DNA of 63,980 nucleotides, the filler included, from Sphacelaria rigidula (taxonomy: Eukaryota): assembly GCA_964200075.2 (NCBI GenBank). It is 3 parts of 3 records of this genome, joined end to end, with 100 filler letters (N's around TTAATTAATTAA, not from the genome) between each part and the next. Parts side by side here need not be neighbours in the genome. Positions count along the whole stretch, not along the records: positions 21,788 to 43,468 come from CAXNAA020000396.1; 2 more parts are not named here. One strand, 5' to 3'. Positions 25,201 through 38,100 of this stretch are shown piece after piece (the stretch's first letter is position 1; every line of letters begins with the position of its first letter). The position numbers and the translations under genes are program-made. The notes below the pieces were generated by a model. It did no database searches, had not been told where the DNA came from, and saw only the letters and a program-made list of their open reading frames with translations.

Positions 25201-28200
25201 CATGAAGCTCCTCAATGGGCGAGATTGGCGTAAACGATTCCAAGCGTGGGAGTTCCCCGCCACTTGGTGTGCTCGTTTCCTGTCATTTTGATTCGCGTGT
25301 AGATTTTGCCTCCTGAATCCAGCCTATTTTTCAGGAGAGTGCGATCGCGATATCACTCTTCCNNNNNNNNNNCTTCGTTTTGTTCGTGGGGATGAGTCTT
25401 CCGGAAGCTTCTTTTCCTCTCGACAAATACAAAGGTTTTGAAGAAAAAAAAAGACGCGTTCGGAAAATGACCACAAGCCCCTTCTTTCTTCAAGTTTTCT
25501 GCTATACTTTACGCCCATTCATACATTTTCAACAAATGTTCTCACGAAGTCATGGCATCGGAGCCCTTGAATATCCATGGTGAGTTTTCCCCCGAGACAT
25601 TACCGTTCCTCACAGCTCTCGATGACCATTTCCTCTTGTGCTACCCGTTCCACCTCGATTACTTCCGCAAACATATATTTGTCGCAGGCTTGTTGCTGGC
25701 CTGTGGGCCCGCCTGCTGAAGGTGCCCGAATCCACGATTGTGCCTTCGTCCGACTTTTTCGATATGGGTGGACACTCCCTCCTATTGGCCAAGATGTCGG
25801 CAGGCCTGCTCAAAGACGCGGGGGTTGTCGTGTCCATACCGACGATCTTGGAGAATCCTACGTTCCGCGAGCTGGCTGCTCTGGTCGACGAGGAGATGAC
25901 TCATGCCGAGAAGGGGCTCGCTTCGACTGGCGTTGACCTGCTCACACCCACGCAGAGGTGAAGAAACTAGTCAATTATGATAATCGGCTGGAACGCCTGC
26001 AGCAACCGCATCACTTGGCTTGTGCCTGTGTCGCGCGTAAGGGTTGTCTAATCATAGATCGAATATACTGATGTTTGGGTGCACTTGAAATCTTGCTTCG
26101 TGTGGTGAACATCAGAAATGATCACCACTTGGTGCGCAAAGAAAATTATACTCTGATAGTGTTTTGTCCTGGCTTCGGAAGAGAAGACGTTGCTTTTATT
26201 CTGTTTTTGTTCTCCAATTTCGTCCAATACGCGGTGATTTATCTTTTTTGCCTATTCTCGCTCGCTTGTCGCATTTATGCGGCGCCGATGGCACCATGGC
26301 TCGATTTTTACCACCTGTGGTCGCGTGTACATGGGGACGGAGGGTGCTGCCGTGGCACACCTTAACCAAAGACGCATGATTGTAGGGAACTATGCAAGTC
26401 ACGGAGGGAAAATAATAGTATGATTACCCGTATTTCGTCTTGAATTTCAGTCATTTCCTAGGTACAGTGCCGGTCCCACCACAGCGAAGTCCTCTCAAAG
26501 TGCGATGTCCTGCCATGGTCACAGTAGAAATTGTTTTTCACAAGTGTAAGCCAATACATCGCCATAAAAAAATTACCTGCTGCCAGTGCAGAGGAAAACC
26601 CCACCGTCCACCTACCGTATTCGTGCTGTGTCCCTCGCTGTTGTAGTTTCTCCATGTTTACAACGTCACGTGAGCCTGCCTCCTCCCCTCACGCTTCCAT
26701 CCTCCCCGCCCCCTTTCCGATCACGCTCAATTTGACAGAGCAATCGTGCGAGCCTGGATGACGGTGCTAGATACCAGCGTAGAAAGCAGCCTCGATGCTA
26801 CATCCGATTTCTTCGACGTGGGCGGACACTCGCTCCTGTTGGCCAAACTCGCCTCGGCCATTTCGAAGGAAACGGGCGTTGCGATCACGATCCCCGAGTT
26901 ACTCGAGAGCCCCACCGTAGGTGGCATGTCCCGGGTTATCGACGAAGCCATCGGGGCGCGGAGCGATGCCACGCCGACTGTTTTCGCGGGATTAACCAAA
27001 GATCGCACACCGACGGCGCTTGCTTCGAACGCGGAGGCGATTGCTCTTGTTTTGCAGCATGGGGCTGATGGTGCGGTGGCCCATGAGCCTGCTGAAATGG
27101 CGTCCGCAGACGGCGACGGGGATGCTGTTGCGGTTACTGGCGATGCTGCTGCATCTTGTTCGAGTGAGTTATACTTGTGTAACTTGACGTATTGCCATTT
27201 TCCGTTGGTACGTGTGTATGTATACATTATATATCGTCCGATAAGTTCACCTCTGATCAGATCATATTCAGCCACCGTTGAACGTCTTTAGCTCCAGTCG
27301 TCTGTTGCTGCTCGTGGTGATGTTGCTCTGCTATTGTCGCCTCAAGTATTTCTTCATTTTTTTTGGGGGGGGGGGGAATGGGGAAGGAATGCGTTTGATA
27401 GCTGAAGTGGCATATCTGTGAACCCCCCCCCCCCCCCCCCCCCCCACCCCCCCCCCACCCCTCTCCCACCCTCCCCCCCTCCCTTCNNNNNNNNAATTTT
27501 TTTTTGTTTTGGGGGGGGGGGGGGTGGGGGGGGGGATTGTTTTGGGTGGTGGAGTGGGATTTTTGTTGCCCCCCCCCCCCCCCCCCCCCTCCCTCTCTTT
27601 CATTTTGTCACCTTCAACTTATTCCACTGTCACGATATATCGCGTGCGGAGGTGCCGGTCATTCTCCGCAGCTGCTGGGTGTGTGAAGGTACTTCCAGTT
27701 AAACATGGACCCGAACAAGCTCAACGTGCTCGCGCAACGAACAAGAGCAATGCTTCCTGTTGGCAATTCATGATTACCTCCACGTTACACCAAAAATGGG
27801 GCGGTCTCATGGTATCACACCGTGCCGCCCCTCTCATGAGAAACAGCTGTTTTGAGCGAGTCTTTCAATCTCACTTTGGCACCGACATGAGCGTTATTTC
27901 TGTTTGAATCATTTCTCATGTCATGAGACCACGGCTGGACCCCGGGGGTGTCAGTTATTCGTGCGACAATAAAAAAAAAATCAATCAAAATCATGTCTGG
28001 CCGGGAAAACTGCATCTATTTCTTATTTTGATAATTTCTTATTCCCAGCTCAGCAGCTTCTTGTATATTTATTACGCCACGATATGGACCGATTTCCTGA
28101 CGCTCCGTGTCTTACTATTTTCCCATCTTTTGGGCCCAATTTCTCATGGAAAATTTCTCAGTTTTTCCAAAATCCGAAGCTTAATTTCTTAATGAGACAC

Positions 28201-31200
28201 ATCTTGTGAGCGGGTCGGTACTGTAGCGGTACAGTCTATCCACGTTTTGTGATGTGTCCGCGTTCAAAGCAGGCACCTCGGGAGCGACAGGCGCAACAGT
28301 TGACCTCGCCGCGGAAGCCCGGCGTCTGGACAGCTCCATATATCCGGCGAAGACACGCAAGATGGGGTACGTGCACAAACGAGCGGACTCCGCTTGCCGC
28401 TCTCCTTTCCTCGCTTCCCGGCATGCTTTTTGCCTTTGAGTTACCCACGCCAAGACGGCAACATTTGAGTGGTTCTTGTCTCATGTGTCGTGTTTGAGCT
28501 TGCTTGCCATTGCCTCTCACGCGTCCCCACTCTACGATGTGGCGCCATCTTCCGCATGGAGCAGGTACTCTCGTTACCGCAAGACTCTACGGCCACCGCA
28601 ACGGATCCTATTGACGGGCGCCTCCGGCTTCCTCGGTGCTCATATCCTGGCATCGCTGCTAAGGGACACCGCCGTCGATGTTTTCTGCCTGGTGAGGGCG
28701 AGCGACGAAGACGATGGGATGGCCCGCTTGGAGAAGTCTTTGAACAGGTTTGTCAGTGTTTTGTTGCTGTTGCTGCTGCTGCTGCTGCGGCTTTTGTTTT
28801 TGTTGGATGGTGATCGCGATATTCTCTGCACCGAATCACGCCACACCGTCCGTCTCAACGTACGTGTCTTCGGTCTATGTTATTATTTTGCTTGGTGTTG
28901 TAGTTCTCACTTTCTGTTGGCTCTCGTGTTCATGCTCTTGTATCTTTTCGTCTCAACCAACCAAAAAGATACAACCTTTTGGGCGACCAAGACGTTGCTT
29001 CGGCAATGGATAGGGTGTTCCCCGTGCCTGGAGATCTCTCCGCCCCGCTTCTAGGACTGGATAACTCCGCCTTCAAGGTAAAAAGTGCTTGGTACCCTTG
29101 GAGTCAAAGAGCGATTCAGCACTACTCTACAGCGCTTGCCCTGTCTACTTTGAGTCCATTTCGGAGACTCGAACCACTTCTTCAGCTTGCACCACGACGC
29201 GCCTGGGCCACCGGTTCCGAAGATAACGTTTCATGACTGAGGCGGCGCGTTGCTGAACGGCACAACGGACGTGTTCTGCGCATGCCTGGTTCCGCTCACC
29301 CTGAGAATCGCGTTGAAACATGACCATGTCGAGTGGCTCGACGCCGTTCTCTCGCAGAAGGGTGCGTCAGCAACCCACCCGCTGCTTCTCAGTAGTCCCA
29401 GGCATCTCACGTTTTTAGCGGTCATGATAGTCTTCACAGCTTCACTTCACGTAGAGGTACTCGGTTTAGTCACCATTCCAAGTAGGAGCCAGCGCTTTAC
29501 GGTACCGGTATACTAGCTTTAGCCCTCCACAGCCCCTGCACTTGCTGCATCACCATCACCCGCACCAGCACTCACGCCTCCGGCGCTGAGCACGGTGGCA
29601 CTACCCTCGTTGATATCGTGTGTAGCCTCGATCGATTACCTGCCTTCCAGTTCGGCTGCTGCTACACGCTCAGGTATGGCCGCTGCGACTTGCCGGTCAT
29701 CAAGGCCTTCCCACAGCTCGAGTACGATGAACTTTTGAAATTCCCAGGTCACTGATATGTGTGACTGAGCCGCCTCAGCTGACGGATGATCGCTTGCAGC
29801 TTGGGTGTCGACAATCCCGTTCACGTCCTCCACCATACGTTCTGTGTCGTACTGAGTTTCGTGCCGTGCTTGATACCCCGTGTACTACAATAGTAGCGCA
29901 GGCCGCGGGTTCTTTGGGGACGAAAAATCTCACCGTAACTCACGGCGATGCACAGCTTGGACCCGAGCGCGGGATGTCCAGGGAGACAAAGCACCGTGAG
30001 ACTTTTCGGCGTTTTCCATAACCTCCTGTCTATGCTGCCCCATCGCACGGGTTGTCGAGCATGCCGGTATCAGCGGGTACTCGGCGCTGAGTAGAACAGC
30101 ATAGTGGAGGAAGTAGAACAGCCCTCTGTCAGCCCAAATCGTGGCGTACGCGTCAGCTAGGATGAATCAAGTATGGCAAATCCTTGACCTTGGGAGAACA
30201 AGGGCCCACCGTACTCCAGCTGTGGAAGCCTTTCATGGTCGAGAAGGACCAGCAGTCATACCTCAGAGTGTGGCAGTAGCCAAACAGGAAAGCGAACTCC
30301 AACCGAGGTAATTCACCATATCGGTGAGCGGACTGCCAAAGTGCCCAGCGCTGGAGGCGTGGGTGCTGGTGCGGGTTAGGGTACTGCAGCAAGCGCAGCG
30401 GCCAAGGAGGGCTACGGCTAGTACACCGGTACTTCGGCTTCTAGCTGGAATGGTGATGACCCCCACGAATCCACACACCGAGTGGATCTGCGCAATACCA
30501 CCAAGGCAGCTAGAAAACCTTGTTGCTCATGATGGGCGAACAGAAGCGGGAGGATTGCGCTCCTTCACCATGGGGGCAGCATAATTGCTTGACTCCTGCC
30601 GCGCCGTCCTTTCTGCCCTGAGTCACATCAATCGCTCATTTCTCGTGTTTTTGTTTCTCGTGTATTGATACCGATATTTCTGTTTTTATATTTAATTTGC
30701 GGTGGGCACGCGTTTATTTGTTGTGGTGATGTGTGTTTGCTGCAGATGCTAGCGGGTGAACTGGACGCCATAATTCACGGCGGAGCGTCGGTGAACCTGG
30801 TGCGATCGTACCGCTCCCTCAAGCCCGCCAACGTTCTCGGAACTCAGGTAGGCCCACCGTGTGTCTGATCGAGTAGCCCTGCGGCCAGAGGGGGACGTTT
30901 GTTCAGACGAAACGCTATCCGTTGCTTCAACTTCAGCAATGTCATTCGTTTGGGAATCGTTGGGTGACAGGTCAGCGTTCATGTTTTTCGTTGAGGGAAT
31001 GTCGATTGTAGAACGGGGGCTGTGCGAAATTCAAAGGAAATAGGTCCCGTGAAGAGCGCTGCCGGTGAACTGGTAGAATTTACCGGCGTTGGGCCACAAA
31101 TGTCCATGGTTGATATTACGTGATTTGGGTCTGTACAACGAAAATCGGATGTTTAGTAGGGCTAAGAGTCCCGTGTGCTCCTCGCGTGCGCAGAACACGT

Positions 31201-32125
31201 TTTCGCTGAAATCGGCGCCTGTGGCGCCGATTTGGAGTCTACCAAGGCCGAACTTTGCCTAGGGAATTCATGTATCGCCCTTGCCCGAGGGTTCTCGGTG
31301 TGCGTTGGGTTGGGGTTCGGGTTAGGGGTAGCGATACTTGTAAAATTGTGTGAACCGTGAACATTAGTAGCCCAACGCTGGCAAACTACCCTCCTGTAAA
31401 CCATCATGATACTGGAAATCGGTGTTAACAAAGGCGGTATCTTTTCCGGGGTCTGGTCGTTGTTCACGTCCTGGTTTGACGTGCTGGCTAAGTGAGGAAC
31501 AAAAATATGTCCTCACTCTGGTGCAGACAGAGAGATTCCATCTCCTCAGGTCGGCGAATCAATGCCCCACGAACATTTCATCCAAAACATGAACGCAGAA
31601 ATCATTGATATGCCATGGGCCGCATGTTGACAGCTCTTCGCTCCTGAAGGTCTATCGGGCTTTGCTTTTGTGCTGACCATGCAACGTCGTCCATGCGGTC
31701 CTCAGGTGTCCACAGCACATACCCATGGATTTTTTTTGTGGTAACGGTGATGGAGAGTCTTCTTTGTCTCTTCACCGCTTGCCTCTCTTCGAACTACGCC
31801 TTTGCTTATTCTTTTTCCTGTGCGGGGGGGGAATGGGGGGATCCCCGCTCTCTTTTTTTCTCTTGTCGTATCTGTGCTTGGACTTCGCAGGAGGTGCTGC
31901 GTCTTGCCGTTACGAACGCTTTCGGAACTCGACCTAAGGCGGTTCACTTTGTGTCCAGCAACGGCGTCTTCCCCTTCGATTCCGGTACGTGACTTTACTC
32001 GTATTCGTACTCATGGGTCGGTCTGAAGAGTATGGAGCACCTCACTTTCAACTATCCAGCAAGGGCAAGGGCAAGGGCAAGGTACAGCTTGTGACCCTTC
32101 GCTTCTTGAGGATACAGTGGTCAAT

Positions 32126-32193
<68 letters not shown>

Positions 32194-35100
32194 CCCCCGT
32201 TTTTTCGCCGCGGGTACGTCCATGTCGTGACAACTGCTGATACGTAGCCGATCAATTGCTGTGCGATGATCAATCAACCATGTCAGATGGGTATAGACAC
32301 GGAACGAACGTCCAGTGGTCCTCGATCGTACGTATCTCGCCACTTATTTCACACGAGAATTCGCCGCCGTACATGTTGTTGTGTTCCCCTTCCCTCGAGA
32401 GCTATCAGGTGTCCAAGTGTCCCGCATCCTGTCATTTCTCCATGTTTCATCAACCTGGAGTACGCCCGTCTGTTTTTTCCTCTGCCCCTCGTGGAACACG
32501 GACAGGATCCAAGATCTTCATGGAGACAGCAGACATGCGCGACATGTGGTTGAGGCTATCCGATGGCTACGGCCAAAGCAAGTGGGTCGCCGAAAGGATG
32601 TGCGTGGACGCGGGGTCCAGAGGTCTCCCCGTCAGCATCCTTAGGCCTGGCAATCTCAGCCCTTCCTCGAAGACCGGCGTTTGGAACAAGTCCGACTTCA
32701 TTTACATGCTTCTGCAGGCAAGTTCGTTTTTAGTCAGTGCTCGCCCTTTTTCGTTCTGTTTTTTTTTTTTTCCAATATCCGCGATGGGACAACAGCAGGA
32801 TGTAGCACTCACGTTGGATAACATCCCGCCTCTGGTCTTTTTGAGACTGGAACTTGGGATGTATCCATATTCATCCACATGCTTCTGCACGCCATCTTGT
32901 GCGGCGTTTTATCTGCTATTTCATGAACTTGACGTGTTGGCCTCCGCAACGCAGCCGCATCGACGGAGCAGTGTACAGTTCATGCAGGGCAGCATCACAG
33001 AGCACTGGACTGTACACCAGACTCCGGGCTGAATCAGTAGAGACTACTACAAGATGAACAACGGCCAATGTTGCATCAGTTTTGTTCATCAAATGGATGA
33101 TGACAAGCGCTATCACGCGAGCAAGTGCCCCGACCTTTGTGCAAAAGCCGCGGTACCGTTTTCTGAGGTACGGTTTCGAAAACTGTGTTCATCAAGATGA
33201 CTTGTTCGGATCATGTCACCGCCCGAACTTTCCCCGAGAGGATTTTTCCGCATCAGAATAAGCGGGCTAGTGGGCGGGAAAAATATTAGTCGTTACGGTG
33301 AGGATTACGGTAAGGAATGAAGGGAAATGAAAAAAAAAAAAGTACTTCATCAAAACAACGTGAACTCTACAAAAACGCCCTCACCTGCATATTTATCCCA
33401 TGTGTTGTCACTTATTGACGAGCAATACTGAAACACCTCCGGACACCCACAGAGGATTATATTCGCTCATCAATAAGCAACCGAGGGACTCTCTTCCTTT
33501 TTCTTCCTCTCCGAGAGGAAGATATGTTAATGCATTCGAACAAGACCGCTGGAGAACAGGCGTTAGCACCCTGACACCAGAAGCAACGAATCTCTTACAT
33601 TGTCGGTTACACACGGTGATGCTGGTCAACAAGCACGCCCCTGACTTGCATATCGCGTGCATATAGGGAGACCTGAGAGTAGCTTGAGCGTTGGCCAAAG
33701 CGTTAGACCGGCCTCGGTATCGCGATGCCTTTGGTCGCTATGAGAAGGCGTCGCGGAGGGTTTTTCACCATACACATGCTGCTGCCGTTTTTTCATGTAT
33801 ATATGACTTGTACAGTGCTCTGTCTGCGCTACCGTCAGGGTTGCGAATTGGGGGGGGGTGTTAGCCTTCGAAAAGTGCTCGGGCCGTTCGACGACATTTT
33901 TCCAGCCATAGACAACTCATGTTCGTTTTTTTTCCCCACGTGGATACACTTGATATAAAACTAACGATTTGATTCCCGAGCCGATGACGGTTTTGAAGCA
34001 TGTGGAGATTGGATGAAAATTGGACTTGGAGTTCGTAATTTCGATGTCGGAACAGTTTGACGGGCGCTGATTGGTCTAAATACCTTTTCGCCCTTAGCGC
34101 TACCACTGTGGTGCTACACATGAATCCGGCTATGTTACGCTCTTCAGCTGTCCATGGCGGTCAGTATGATGTCATGTATGCGGCTATTGGGTAGGTATTG
34201 CGAAAGGCATTTGCTGATGACACAATTTCGTGCGATAAGCGTGAACCAGCTCGTACATTCTGTTGATTTGAGAAGTCGTGCGTCCAGGCGACATCCCCCC
34301 CTCCCCCCCTTGTTCGGACGCTACATACACCTTCACACCCCTGATACAGATGAACTGATGAAGTCAATCCTTACGTCTCTTCAAGAGTGCCCTGAAAATC
34401 TGCGAAAAACTGGCAATTTCCCGTCTTTTCTGCCGAGCGCGGAACGTTCCCTGAAGGGGGCTGAATGGTCTTGTGCAGTGGTCAAAGGGTTCGCTTATAG
34501 AGCTGGTGGCAGGATGAGGTTACGCTCTCCAAAGGTTTCTTGTACTCTGATCCTTGTTGGTGGCCATACACAAATGGAAGGAATGCAGCGGGGGGAGGAG
34601 AGGGGAGAGAAGATACACCACAGTGCATTGCATCGCACTGTGCTGTGCGTTGTACAATAGTTCGACGTCATCTATTAACGATCGCCTTCAGGGTGGATCA
34701 TGCATTGACATGATGTTGACTTGGAATATGGATGCAAGATCCGGATGACTCACCGTGGCGGTCCAAGGGTTAAACTTCATTAGAGCTGGCGGGGGGAAGA
34801 CGTGACGCTCTCCAAAGGTTTCGTGTAATCTGACCGTTAGTGATACCTATGGACAGAGGGAAGGAACGCAGCGGGGGAAGAGATGGGACAGCATGGTACT
34901 GTACTGCATTGTACTACTGTACTGTGCGTTTTAGTTTGGCTTTGTCTATCGATAGTCACCCCCAGGGTAGGTTATATGTATTGCATCGGTAATTTTTACT
35001 TGGGAAATAAAATTTGATGTATATACAGACAGTACGGCTGCGATCAATAGTGACGTTATGTGCGCTGAAGGCCTTGTAGGTTTCTCTTGGAACCGACCGG

Positions 35101-38100
35101 ACGGATCCTTCGCTTCTGACCGGCTAGCTTGATTTTTCCACCAGGAAGAGCCGGTACACCTCTTTGAGGAAGTTTCCTTCGCGTTTCGTGAACGATTCGC
35201 ATCCTTGACTGTACTGCACGTACCAAGTCCTGAGTTGCTGCCCTTTGTGCATGCAGTCTATAATGTTCCACAGCGGTACTGTCTGTATTGTACTGCTGCT
35301 TCACTGTACAACGTGTCCTGTCTGTATTGACTTGTCTGCAGAGCCACTTGCAACCCGCTTGATGGGAGGCGTTCTTGATTACCCTCTTATTCGACGAACT
35401 TTAACATCTCCCAGAACGGTCTACTTTTATCGACGAGATGCGCGGGAAAAAGCACCTCTCCGGGTAAACTATTTTACCGATCTCGGAATTCAGGGGCCTT
35501 CATGCTCGCAAGGGTCCACAAAGAACGGTTTCAGAAAAAGTATCCGGACACCTCCCCCCTACCCTCCATACCCTCTGCCTGGTCGTCGGTGCTCCGTCTC
35601 GAAAGGGATGCGTGGTCTTGTCGAACGACGAAGGCGAGCAACAAATGGGTACGCCCCCCCCTGGCCATGGGCGGCGAAATAGGAAGAGGATACGATGTGT
35701 GGAAGATTTTGTGTTCTGTACGGAAGAAACGTGATGAGCGCCCAGATGTTTGATATGTTTCTAATAGGGTTGGAAACGTTGCCTCGGATTCGAAAGGTAT
35801 GCGTAGTCAATGGTCAAATGACCAAGGCACTCAACAGATGATGAACCCTCTCCCCCCCCACCCGCCCGTTCGTCCGTCCTTTCAACTTTTGGAAAGAGAT
35901 GCTCCTCGAATTTCCGAAATACCACGTGATGGAGCCAGTTTTTGCTAATGCAAGTGCCAGTACTGTACTTTTTTTTCGCGGCGGAGGGTGTCGTCAGTAA
36001 TTCTAAAAATGGCGTGCACTTTCTTTGCGATTAACACGTTATAGTGGAAGGGTATCCCCACTGTATTTTCATTGCGCCGTGTTTTATCGTACCCCGATCA
36101 GTGCTCTCTTGCTCAGCGTGCCGTACACCCAAGTAAACCCGCGAAGATATCAACTTAGGAGACACTGGGATATCAGGCTCTAGCGGAAAGAAGCCCGATA
36201 CTCGTATTATCCTTCAGTCAGAGAAAGGTGCGATCGATACCTCGCAAGTACGTAGGAGTCAAACGCGCCGCCGGGGTGGGTCGGCTGGGGGTGGGAAACG
36301 TCATGGCCTCCTTCACTAATTAAGAAACGTACAGCACACAACACACACCACGCTGCGGCGATAATCACGGACACGCTAGCGTGGTGAAAGCCTTGGCGAA
36401 TGTTGTAACTGCTCCGGCTTTGGCAACATACCCCTTGTTTGGAGCTTTCAAATAGGTCGCGAGAAAGGATTCTATGAATAGCAACCTTTGATGCGCATCA
36501 TGGACTCCGAGGTAGTTGTGACAAAAGAAGATGAACAATACAGCACTGTACACTAACTGCAGTGTGTTGAGACGCTACAGTCGCTCTTTCCCGAGGAAGA
36601 TATTTTTTCTTCTCTTCTCCCCCACCACACGTTAAACCCGTCCCGTTGCTCGGGACGAGTGCGTGGTCGCAAGAGATTATTTCACGTCCTCTTCCCCGAT
36701 AGCTGTACTGCCTGGAGTAATGTTCACGTTTGCGACGCGTGTGACGGTAGCTTCTGGAATGCTGCACGAAGTCCAGCGAAATCACGCGTTGTGTGCATAT
36801 CTCTTTTGGGATGGGTCTTGGATCCCGCACATCTTTCACACAGTCTATACGGGGGACACGAAGCCAAATGTGAAACCCGACTGGTATATGCATATATCTA
36901 TTGTCAGGACTTAGTCTGCTATGTCGTTCTGTTCGACCCCTCTTTTTTTTCTGTTCCTTTTTTTTTTTTTTTCCTTAGAGCGTGTTTGAATTCCGTTTTT
37001 AGTACGTCTATCAGGAGACCACGGCTGGACCCGTGCGGGGTCAGTTAAAGTGCGACAATCAATCAAAATCAATCAATATACAAACATGTTTTTTGCGTTT
37101 CACGTTATTTTTTTTTACCCTCTATATAGGCTATTTTTTTCAACCTGGGCTGTAGGCTTGAGAATACACAGGAGAACCTGACTTTGCAGTGGTTTCCCCT
37201 CCGCGTACCGCAACCGTCTCGACTGTGCCCGAATACCTCCTGTGCTCTAGGGATGCCTCGAGCTGGGATGCGTACCGGAGGGAGTGTCGTGGGAGCTAGA
37301 CATGACCCCCGTGGATTTTGCCGCTCGTTCCATCGTTCACGTAGCCGTGGAGCAACCGCAGAAGGCTATTGGCAAGGTATGAGTAAGTGTCCAAATGTCG
37401 GACAGCTCATGAGCTCAGAGCTGGGTCAGCCGTAAATCTTACAAACGCACATCACATAACAACTTCTTGAGTTTCCCGAATCAGCCAGATTTGACCATAT
37501 CGCTGTGAATTGCAGACCAACCTAGTCATCCACGCCCTGCTGCTGAAAAAAGAATGTAGAAGAAAAATGCGTAATATATTACCTCGACGACGGAACGAAA
37601 ACAAGACGATCTGTCGAGATTGGAACTCGTGACCTCAATTACTGGAATCCCTTGTGTCACTTGGATAATGGGGGCGCCGCGGTGTCACACAAGGAGTGTC
37701 AGGCTGGGCCCAATTTTGAGACTTTTTGGCCGATTTTTTACCAGGATCTCCTGCACGCACAAGTACGTACAGCATCTCTGGGGATACCGCCGTCTTTCGT
37801 TCTTTTCACGTAGATATGACATTTTTCCACTTTTTACTGAAATTCTTGATCGCTTTAAGGTCCATTTTTTTTTTCTTCTTGGCATACTGAGAAATGTTGC
37901 GCTTGGTGACGATAAAAATGTCCTGTCAAATTTCAGCGCCCTACTCTTCAAATTCAGCACAGCTGGACGCAAAAACATTAAAAAATCACTCGTCAGCTGA
38001 CCCCTTTTTTCCTTATTTGCTCCCTACAGCGCTTGACACCGAGCACCCAGAGTATCGCAAAGGTAGCGCTTCGATTTTTTGGACCCCGCTGTCACGTATT

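Noticed and set aside
29225-30600. Nested gene in an NRPS intron
   Set aside because: GC-rich coding-like DNA but broken by stops in all frames; probably a decayed retroelement that I cannot assign
32127-32198. Poly-Pro/Gly ORFs from long C runs (also 27420-27600)
   Set aside because: Intronic homopolymers of uncertain length, one next to an N gap
33830-33870. Alternative NRPS exon reading GCELG after an AG
   Set aside because: Similarity stops after five residues; the exon at 37251 carries the full conserved segment
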